A stretch of 32,000 nt of DNA, taken from NCBI RefSeq assembly GCF_000179635.2, contig NC_014833.1, positions 2,550,001 to 2,582,000 on the forward strand, read 5' to 3'. Both the position numbers and the translations under genes were made by a program. A model generated the notes under the pieces. It saw only the letters and a list, made by a program, of their open reading frames with translations, ran no database searches and had not been told where the DNA came from. The DNA is from Ruminococcus albus 7 = DSM 20455 (lineage in GTDB: Bacteria > Bacillota > Clostridia > Oscillospirales > Ruminococcaceae). This document shows, one piece after another, positions 26,139-32,000 of this stretch; position 1 is the stretch's first letter; each line of letters begins with the position of its first letter.

Positions 26139-28361
26139 TTACGACGGAATAACCCGATGAACCACGACCAAAAGCTTTTTTTTTTCGGGCGCAGGTTCTG
26201 CGGGCTTTTCAGCATTTTCCGCAGCAGGAGCATTCTCCGTCTTTTCGGGTATTTCAACAGGTACCTCAGCAGGAGGATCCACAGGCTCCGGCTTCGGTTC
26301 GGGTACAGGCTTGGGCTTTGGTACATTGGCATAAGCCTCAGCGTAAGCCCTGCTCTGGGCATCCACACGTACACCGTCAGATGGCTTGCGCACATATCTG
26401 CCGTCGGGCTGCATATCCCTTGCTTTAACATTATCATTCATCTGGGTATCGAACATATCCAGTATGCGCTGACGGATGTCGGGGTCAAGCACAGGTGCGG
26501 CTACTTCGACGCGGCGTGTGGTATTTCTGGTCATATAGTCAGCGGAGGATATATATACGTTCTTCCTGACACCGCTGCCGAATATGTATATACGCGAATG
26601 TTCGAGGTAGCGTCCCACTATGGAACGTATGCGAACGTTTCCGGTAACACCCTCAACCCCTGCAACAAGGCAGGAAATTCCGCGTATCACCATCTCCACC
26701 TTTACGCCTGCCTGAGAGCATTCGATGATCTTATCCATTATCACCTTATCAGTAAGGGAATTAAGCTTAGCGCCAACATAACCGTCACCGCCTGCCTTAG
26801 CTATTGCTATCTCGTTATCCATCATTTCAAGGACACGGTTCTGCAGACAATGGGGCGCTACCAGCAGAAGGCTGCTTTTCTCAACAAGCTCGCCTATGGA
26901 CAGTGTGCGGAATACTTCCTCTGCATCCTTAGCTATATCCCTGTTTGATGTCATAAGACAGAGGTCGGTATAAAGCTCGGCTGTCTTCTCGTTATAGTTG
27001 CCTGTGCCTATCTGGGTGGTATACTTTACACCCTCAGCGGTCTTTCGGGTGATAAGACAGAGCTTTGAATGCACTTTCAGACCCTTGGGACCGTACATGA
27101 CTCTGCAGCCTGCTTCTTCAAGCTGCTTTGACCAGCCGATATTGTTCTCCTCATCGAACCTTGCGCGGAGCTCTACCAGCACGCATACCTCCTTGCCGTT
27201 TTCGGCAGCGGTGCACAGTGCCTTTATTACCTTGGAATGCTTTGCCACGCGGTAAAGGGTCATCTTTATGGATACAACGCTTTCATCCTTTGCGGCTTCA
27301 TTGAGAAGTCTTATAAAAGACTGTATGGATTCATAAGGATAGGACAGGAACAGATCCCTTTCGTCGATCTGATCTATCATCGGACGGCTCTCGTCTATCA
27401 TACGTGACAGCTGAGAGGTACGCGGTTCAAAGAACAGTTCCTTTTTAGCCTCAGCCTTACTGAATATCGTGAATACATAGGATAGATCAAGGGGTGTTTT
27501 TTCAATAAAGACCTGTTTTTTGGACAGTTCAAGCCTGGTGCACAGTTCCTTCTGCAGCGGCTCGGATATCTGCTTTGAAAGCTGCAGTCTTACAGGACAC
27601 AGACGCTTTCTCTTGTTTATCAGCACAGACATATTCTGCCTGAAATCCAGTTCACGGTCAAAGCTTTCATCCACGTCGATATCGGCGTTGCGGGTTATTC
27701 GCATGAGGGTCTTTTCCTCCACCTTATAACCGTGGAATATCTTATCTGTAAAGTGGAGTATAAGCTCCTCCACCAGCACGTAAGCTATGGTATCATCCTG
27801 AGCAGGCAGGAATATCACACGTTCAAACTTCTCGCTGCAGCCGATTATACCCAGCGTCACACCGCTTTTTGAAGTAAGCTTGGCAGCCACGTATATGCTC
27901 TTGTTAGGCAGAAACGGGAATGGGTGCCGCTTGTCGATGACCAGCGCATTCAGGAAAGGCTTTATCTCATAGGCATAGTAAGCCTCAAGAAATTCAAGCT
28001 CCTGCCCCGTAAGGCTCTTGATACTCTTATGAAGTATATTATTAGGTTCAAGTGCTTTGTGTATAGCCTTGAAGCTTTCATCCTTAGTCGGTATAAGCTC
28101 GCGCACCCCTGAATATATGGCACTCAGCTGCTCGGACGGCTTCATCTTTGATTTGTTGTCCTTCTGAGAATCATCCACAAGGGAGGCATCATAAAGAGAA
28201 CCTACTCTCACCATAAAGAACTCATCAAGATTGCTGCCGTATATGGACTGGAACAGCAGTCTTTCAAGCAGAGGATTGCGCTCGTCACGGGCTTCTTCAA
28301 GCACACGTTCATTGAATTTGAGCCATGAAAGCTCACGGTTATCGTATACCCTGTTTTTCAC
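26139..28361 (-). CDS. ppk1: Polyphosphate kinase 1 (~740 aa) with a ~62-aa Pro/Glu/Lys-rich C-terminal extension
   Basis: NRELSWLKFNERVLEEA at the N-terminus, KVHSKLCLITR, and overall PPK1-like length. The track start (28427) lies inside the promoter. I prefer GTG 28361, preceded by TAGGAGAAAA. Confidence 0.9.
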   Translation of the reverse strand: MKNRVYDNRELSWLKFNERVLEEARDERNPLLERLLFQSIYGSNLDEFFMVRVGSLYDASLVDDSQKDNKSKMKPSEQLSAIYSGVRELIPTKDESFKAIHKALEPNNILHKSIKSLTGQELEFLEAYYAYEIKPFLNALVIDKRHPFPFLPNKSIYVAAKLTSKSGVTLGIIGCSEKFERVIFLPAQDDTIAYVLVEELILHFTDKIFHGYKVEEKTLMRITRNADIDVDESFDRELDFRQNMSVLINKRKRLCPVRLQLSKQISEPLQKELCTRLELSKKQVFIEKTPLDLSYVFTIFSKAEAKKELFFEPRTSQLSRMIDESRPMIDQIDERDLFLSYPYESIQSFIRLLNEAAKDESVVSIKMTLYRVAKHSKVIKALCTAAENGKEVCVLVELRARFDEENNIGWSKQLEEAGCRVMYGPKGLKVHSKLCLITRKTAEGVKYTTQIGTGNYNEKTAELYTDLCLMTSNRDIAKDAEEVFRTLSIGELVEKSSLLLVAPHCLQNRVLEMMDNEIAIAKAGGDGYVGAKLNSLTDKVIMDKIIECSQAGVKVEMVIRGISCLVAGVEGVTGNVRIRSIVGRYLEHSRIYIFGSGVRKNVYISSADYMTRNTTRRVEVAAPVLDPDIRQRILDMFDTQMNDNVKARDMQPDGRYVRKPSDGVRVDAQSRAYAEAYANVPKPKPVPEPKPEPVDPPAEVPVEIPEKTENAPAAENAEKPAEPAPEKKKLLVVVHRVIPS

Positions 28362-28398
28362 GGTATTTTCTCCTATCGTATATAATAAGCTATTATAT

Positions 28399-28427
28399 AT
28401 TATAGTACACTGTGACGAAATTGTCAA
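28399..28427 (-). promoter_or_regulatory. Perfect consensus sigma-A promoter of ppk1
   Basis: The minus strand reads TTGACA (revcomp of 28422-28427)-17 nt-TATAAT (revcomp of 28399-28404). Confidence 0.7.
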
Positions 28428-28687
28428 CAGTTCAAGGACAGGTTATTTCTATTTTAAGATGGGAGAATACAGAAAGAAATGCCACAATGGTGAAGACGGG
28501 TACTGATAAATAATTTTTGAATCTTTGAAGAGAAGGTCACGTATCACAGAATCCACCGCAAATCAAAAATCTCAGAGCACAGCATCATCTTTTTTGACCT
28601 CTTGTTTTTTGACCTCTTGTTTTGGTTTACGGTACGCCCTACGCATCACCTTATCAACACTAAAAAACACCGAAATTCCGCACATTT

Positions 28688-28985
28688 TCAAATGCTGAAT
28701 TTTACCTCAATACCTGTTTCATCGGATATAAGCACGACATCTATCATCGCTGCCGCTACATCGTACTTCTCCCGCACCGTCAGCTTATCCCACTGCTTCA
28801 TAGGTTCTTCCAAAGGCTTTGTGTCGATTGCCTTACGCTTGCGGCACATAGTCTGCATTTTTTTTATCAAGCTCCGACTTCTGCTCACTCAGCTTTTCAC
28901 ATTCAGCCGTATCGGACTTGATACGTTCTTTCAGCTTTCCGATCTTCTCATCGAGCTTCGTGATCTTCTTTGCGATGTCAGCCAT
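28688..28985 (-). pseudogene. Frameshifted copy of the small coiled-coil ORF (A8 tract here versus A7 in the intact copy)
   Basis: Track ORFs 28833..29180 and 28688..28888 are the two halves. The T run at 28858-28865 is 8 nt, against 7 nt at 30096-30102. The reading changes from …LDKKMQTM… to …LDKKNADYVPQA*. Confidence 0.7.
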
Positions 28986-29127
28986 ATCATCACCCCCAAT
29001 CGTCTGTACTTCGGAAATCAATTTCCATACTCCAATTATAGCGCGCAACAAGGGGCTTTGTCTACTGGTATTGCGCACGAAGATTTGTGTGCCGGATAGG
29101 TTTTCCGTTCGACAGATTGTTATGGGG

Positions 29128-29166
29128 AAAATCAAAAAGCTGTGTAGCGGAGTTTGCTCACACAGC
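29128..29166 (-). terminator. Intrinsic terminator (within repeat A1) downstream of the 189-aa GNAT gene
   Basis: The minus strand shows GCTGTGTGAGC-AAACTCC-GCTACACAGC followed by TTTTTGATTTT. Confidence 0.65.
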
Positions 29167-29210
29167 TTGTAAATTTTCATTCTCTTTTGAAATTAAATAT
29201 TTGTAGGTTG

Positions 29211-29780
29211 TTATATGTCCCTATTTAGCCATTCTTCCCTTAGAATTGCATACTGGTATTTATCACACCACCTATGATCTAATGCACTATTTCCTTGATA
29301 CATCTTTACAAAATGTGCCTCTCTGCGCATTCCTATCTTTTCCATAATTCTATATGATCCTATATTCAGCGTGTTGCAATCAGCTATCACTCTTCTAAGT
29401 TTGAGAACATCAAAAGCAAGTCTCAATAAAGTATTTCCTATTTCAGTTCCATATCCCTGCTTCCAATAGTTACGATGCAATTCCCAAGCTAATCCAGCAG
29501 GATCTTTGTCTGTAAAATACAGTTCGCATGACCCGATCAGTTCGCTGGTGTCTTTCAGTTCAACAGCATATCTGAAATTGACACACGGATTATCTTCGGC
29601 ACATTTTATAGCCCAATCAAGATAATCGTGAGCTTCTTTTTCATTTTTAGGCTCACTTGAGCGATATTTCATATTTTCAAGACTGCTCAGCCAATCATAT
29701 ACAATTGGGAAATCACTTTGTCTGAATTTTCTGAAAAGAAGTCTTTCTGAATATAACTCGATATATTGCAATTGAAACAT
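29211..29780 (-). CDS. GNAT N-acetyltransferase, RimJ/RimL-like (189 aa)
   Basis: …YSERLLFRKF…, …ELHRNYWKQGYGTEIGNTLLRLAF… and …MEKIGMRREAH… are typical of Acetyltransf_3-type GNATs. GGAG abuts the ATG, so the exact start is uncertain. Confidence 0.8.
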   Translation of the reverse strand: MFQLQYIELYSERLLFRKFRQSDFPIVYDWLSSLENMKYRSSEPKNEKEAHDYLDWAIKCAEDNPCVNFRYAVELKDTSELIGSCELYFTDKDPAGLAWELHRNYWKQGYGTEIGNTLLRLAFDVLKLRRVIADCNTLNIGSYRIMEKIGMRREAHFVKMYQGNSALDHRWCDKYQYAILREEWLNRDI

Positions 29781-29831
29781 CTCCTACTTTGGATACACAC
29801 AAGCAAGCCAAGTGCTTACTCTCACTTCACC

Positions 29832-29860
29832 ATTATATCACACCACATCCGAAAAAGCAA
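29832..29860 (-). promoter_or_regulatory. Repeated cassette promoter, copy 1 (TTGCTT-17-TATAAT) with a conserved 5'UTR hairpin
   Basis: TATAAT = revcomp of 29832-29837; TTGCTT = revcomp of 29855-29860. The GTAAGC-ACTTG-GCTTGC hairpin lies downstream. The same module recurs at 30811-30839 and 31627-31655. Confidence 0.6.
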
Positions 29861-29925
29861 TACCCACCTTCAGTAATTTTCCTGATAACTATCAACACTA
29901 AAAAATACCGAAATCCCGCACTTTT

Positions 29926-30222
29926 TCAAATGCTGAATTTCACCTCAATACCTGTTTCATCGTATATAAGCACGACATCTATCATCGCTGCCGCTACATC
30001 GTACTTCTCCCGCACCGTCAGCTTATCCCACTGCTTCATAGGTTCTTCCAAAGGCTTTATGTCGATAGCTTTACGCTTGCGGCACATAGTCTGCATTTTT
30101 TTATCAAGCTCCGACTTCTGCTCACTCAGCTTTTCACACTCAGCCGTATCGGTCTTGATACGCTCTTTCAGCTTGCCGATCTTCTCATCGAGCTTCGTGA
30201 TCTTCTTTGCGATGTCAGCCAT
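29926..30222 (-). CDS. Small coiled-coil protein (98 aa: MADIAKKITKLDEKIGKLKERI…GIEVKFSI); resembles the C-terminal coiled-coil/tail region of large serine recombinases, identity uncertain
   Basis: This is the inner part of track ORF 29926..30456. ATG 30222 is preceded by GGTGGTGA. The track's upstream extension crosses a terminator hairpin and a promoter-like TATAAT and is rejected. Confidence 0.55.
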   Translation of the reverse strand: MADIAKKITKLDEKIGKLKERIKTDTAECEKLSEQKSELDKKMQTMCRKRKAIDIKPLEEPMKQWDKLTVREKYDVAAAMIDVVLIYDETGIEVKFSI

Positions 30223-30364
30223 ATCATCACCACCAATCGTATGGACTTCGGAAATCAATTTCCATACTCCAATTATAGCGCGCAACAATGGGCTTTGTCT
30301 ACTGGTATTGCGCACGAAGTTTTGTGTGCCGGATAGGTTTTCCGTTCGACAGATTGTTATTGGG

Positions 30365-30403
30365 AAAATCAAAAAGCTGTGGAGCGGAGTTTGCTCACAC
30401 AGC
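30365..30403 (-). terminator. Intrinsic terminator (within repeat A2) downstream of the small membrane-protein gene
   Basis: The minus strand shows GCTGTGTGAGC-AAACTCC-GCTCCACAGC (10 bp with one bulge) followed by TTTTTGATTTT. Confidence 0.7.
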
Positions 30404-30422
30404 CTATGGGGATATTCAGTTT

Positions 30423-30737
30423 TTAGTTTGTAAGTTTTAATACTCTTGCCTCCCAAGAAGTACGAGCAACAAGATATTCATGATTAGGATACTGTTCTAT
30501 CTCATATACAGTCCAGACCCCATCTGTTGTTTTACAGACCACTTTCCATGTTTCTTTATATGGTTGTATTTCGGTATAGCTGGTTTCCTCATATACCTTA
30601 CCGTCAAAGCTAAGTTTATTGCCAGTATACTCTGCTCGTCTTAGATTACTATCTCTTATTCGCAGACCTAATATAACACCTATTATGACCAGTATTATTA
30701 TTGACAAGATAATTGTAACCTTCTTCTTTTTAGTCAT
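30423..30737 (-). CDS. Small N-terminally anchored protein (104 aa: MTKKKKVTIILSIIILVIIGVILGL…), function unknown
   Basis: The track ORF extends to 30794 but that part covers the repeated 5'UTR. ATG 30737 is preceded by GGGGTG. Confidence 0.6.
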   Translation of the reverse strand: MTKKKKVTIILSIIILVIIGVILGLRIRDSNLRRAEYTGNKLSFDGKVYEETSYTEIQPYKETWKVVCKTTDGVWTVYEIEQYPNHEYLVARTSWEARVLKLTN

Positions 30738-30782
30738 AGTACACCCCGATTTTTTGAAATGATAAATATTGGCAAGCCGTGT

Positions 30783-31100
30783 GCTTACTCTCACTTCTAC
30801 ATTATACTACACAGCAACTGAAAAAGCAACCCCCACTTTCATCAAACTGCCGCTCAGACTGCGCAATAACTGCGCCGAACACCGGTAAAAAACTCTCAGA
30901 GCCGTGCGGATAAAGAGAAAAGTCGCATAGCTCGTACATGAACTTTGTTCATGTATATCACAGCAGTAGCGTGACAGTCAGAGAACGCTTGCCCGATATA
31001 TGCAGAACGAACAGGCTGCCAAGAAAAAGAAAGGACAGCTTGAATAAAAAAATACGGCAGGGAGTATCCCTACCGCAGTGATGTGTATAGTTGCTAAGAT
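30783..31100. repeat. Intergenic module B1 (terminator, conserved core with palindrome, promoter and leader), homologous to 31598-31935
   Basis: Manual alignment. A 47-nt core at 30920-30966 is identical to 31748-31794 and includes the perfect palindrome TACATGAAC-TTT-GTTCATGTA (30935-30955). Promoter TTGCTT-17-TATAAT at 30811-30839 (-). Terminator hairpin at 31046-31077 (-). Confidence 0.8.
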
Positions 31101-31118
31101 GGATCAGAATTCGTCTGT

Positions 31119-31562
31119 CTACAGACTAATATGAAACAGTTGATCTTTTGTTCCATATATCGTATGAAAATCACCGATCTTTTCAAACCCATATTTTTCA
31201 TATAAGCCTTGTTCTCCACTCATGATGTAAACAGTCCGAAATCCAATGGATTTTGCATAGGATAAGATATGCTGAATCATCTTTTCCGATATTCGCTTGC
31301 CACGATGCTGTTCGTCAACAAAAACAAAACCAATAAACGGTGAATACTCATATTCTTCCGACAATTCATCTTTTTCAGAAAGTGTACAATAGCCGATTAT
31401 GTTTTCATTTTCAATGGCAGCGACTACCCGCTCCCAATCTTTAAATGCATTCACCTTCATACGCTCTGCAAGATATGATCCTGCTTTCCATGAACATGAC
31501 TGAGCAAACAAAATCGTCTTATCCCATAGGATATGTCCTTTTTGCATCATCTGAATTTCCAA
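31119..31562 (-). CDS. GNAT N-acetyltransferase (147 aa)
   Basis: TTG start 7 nt after GGGAGGA. …IGFVFVDEQHRGKRISEKMIQHIL… (acetyl-CoA-binding motif-A-like) and …GLYEKYGFEKIG. Confidence 0.8.
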   Translation of the reverse strand: MEIQMMQKGHILWDKTILFAQSCSWKAGSYLAERMKVNAFKDWERVVAAIENENIIGYCTLSEKDELSEEYEYSPFIGFVFVDEQHRGKRISEKMIQHILSYAKSIGFRTVYIMSGEQGLYEKYGFEKIGDFHTIYGTKDQLFHISL

Positions 31563-31597
31563 TAATTAATCCTCCCACGAATTCCGATCTACACGAG

Positions 31598-31935
31598 CAA
31601 GCCGATTGCTTGCCCTTACTCTCTACATTATACCATACCGATCATGAAAAAGCAATTCCCACTTTCATCAAATTGCCGCCCACCCAGCATCATAACTGTG
31701 CGCCGAAGCCCGGTAAAATACTCTCAGAGCCTTGCGGAACAGAGAGAAAGTCGCATAGCTCGTACATGAACTTTGTTCATGTATATCACAGCAGAAGCGT
31801 GACAGTCAGAGGACTGTAAAACGGTACTTACAGAACGAACAAGCTGCCAAAAGAAAGAAAAATCAGCTTGAATAAAAACAACGGCAGGGAGCGTTTGGCA
31901 CTCCTTGCCGTGGTGATATGTGTAGTTACTTAGAA
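31598..31935. repeat. Intergenic module B2, homologous to 30783-31100
   Basis: Promoter TTGCTT-17-TATAAT at 31627-31655 (-). 5'UTR hairpin GCAAGC-AATCG-GCTTGC. Identical 47-nt core at 31748-31794. Hairpin plus T-tract at 31871-31910 (-). Confidence 0.8.
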
Positions 31936-31945
31936 AAATCATAAT

Positions 31946-32000
31946 TTAGCTAACCCAAGTCAAACCAATAATCCTCATATTTGTGTTCTTTATAAAATTG
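31946..32000 (-). CDS. 3' end of another minus-strand cassette gene (only 18 codons visible)
   Basis: The minus frame reads …FIKNTNMRIIGLTWVS* with TAA = revcomp of 31946-31948, followed by the module-B2 hairpin. This is too short to identify. Confidence 0.3.
   Translation of the reverse strand, partial: NFIKNTNMRIIGLTWVS

Larger units (their letters stand above)
28653..29167. repeat. Direct repeat A1 (~515 bp), copy of 29891-30404
   Basis: My manual alignment finds about 19 substitutions plus one 1-nt indel relative to A2. The repeat contains a terminator, a promoter-like region and the small coiled-coil ORF. Confidence 0.85.
29891..30404. repeat. Direct repeat A2 (~514 bp), copy of 28653-29167
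   Basis: See A1. Confidence 0.85.

Noticed and set aside
26157-26948. 263-aa + strand ORF and 109-aa - strand ORF (26108..26437) overlapping ppk1
   Set aside because: Both are antisense to or out of frame with a gene bearing clear PPK1 motifs, and neither has translation signals.
28361-28427. 22-codon N-terminal extension of ppk1 in the track (MTISSQCTIIYNSLLYTIGENT)
   Set aside because: It is encoded by the promoter itself: TTGACA-17-TATAAT lies within it. GTG 28361 has a TAGGAGAAAA RBS and gives the usual PPK1 N-terminus.
28591-28620. 15-bp tandem duplication TTTTTGACCTCTTGT x2 at the left edge of the cassette region
   Set aside because: There are only two copies and no partner elsewhere in the window. 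It might mark an element boundary or att-like site, but I cannot support any function from this sequence alone.
28602-30433. Long + strand ORFs (165 aa at 28602..29099; 214 aa at 29789..30433) across repeats A1/A2
   Set aside because: They are Ser/Phe/Ile-rich antisense shadows of the Lys/Glu-rich coiled-coil ORF. They run through terminator hairpins and promoters, and they differ in length between the two repeat copies.
28653-31935. CRISPR array or integron as an explanation for the repeated sequences
   Set aside because: The repeat units are hundreds of bp long and contain promoters, terminators and ORFs. There are no short regularly spaced repeats, no cas genes, no intI-like gene and no attC-type sites in the window.

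Overview
This 32-kb window looks like chromosomal DNA from a Gram-positive anaerobe. That call rests only on Clostridia-like signals: several exact TTGACA-17-TATAAT promoters, GGAGG-type RBSs and the gene content. No rRNA, tRNA, CRISPR array, transposase or phage gene was recognised.

(1) Positions 1-19.7 kb form one coherent accessory locus with two divergent operons leaving a ~400-bp AT-rich hub at 10.08-10.48 kb.
- The minus-strand operon starts at a perfect consensus promoter. It runs through two 'leader-only' mini-ORFs, an Ala/Thr-rich putative major fibre subunit and a terminator-like hairpin followed by an internal promoter. Four divergent paralogous signal-anchored beta-rich proteins follow, then a giant (>=1406 aa, edge-truncated) GLUG-like repeat protein.
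- The plus-strand operon encodes a degenerate stand-alone EAL protein, a sixth subunit paralog and a SipW-type (archaeal/ER-type) signal peptidase. Next come a membrane-anchored McrB-like AAA+ NTPase and a 989-aa fusion protein, then two small proteins. The fusion combines a McrC-N/DUF2357-like domain, a long ER/K-rich helix and a second SipW-type peptidase domain.
- A multi-TM GGDEF cyclase converges on the end of the plus-strand operon.
- I read this as a TasA/SipW-like surface-fibre system coupled to a nuclease-less McrBC-derived NTPase module and to c-di-GMP signalling. I do not know this combination from described systems.

(2) Positions 20-28.4 kb carry ordinary genes.
- These are an alpha/beta-hydrolase-fold protein with Ser->Ala at the nucleophile elbow, an acidic lipoprotein, an asymmetric heterodimeric ABC exporter pair, and ppk1 with a Pro/Glu/Lys-rich tail.
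- A ~300-bp nested-palindrome element sits between the convergent lipoprotein and ABC genes.

(3) Positions 28.6-32 kb hold a minus-strand array of small accessory cassettes: two GNATs, a small membrane protein and two copies of a small coiled-coil ORF (one frameshifted in a poly-A tract). The cassettes are separated by repeated promoter/leader/terminator modules.
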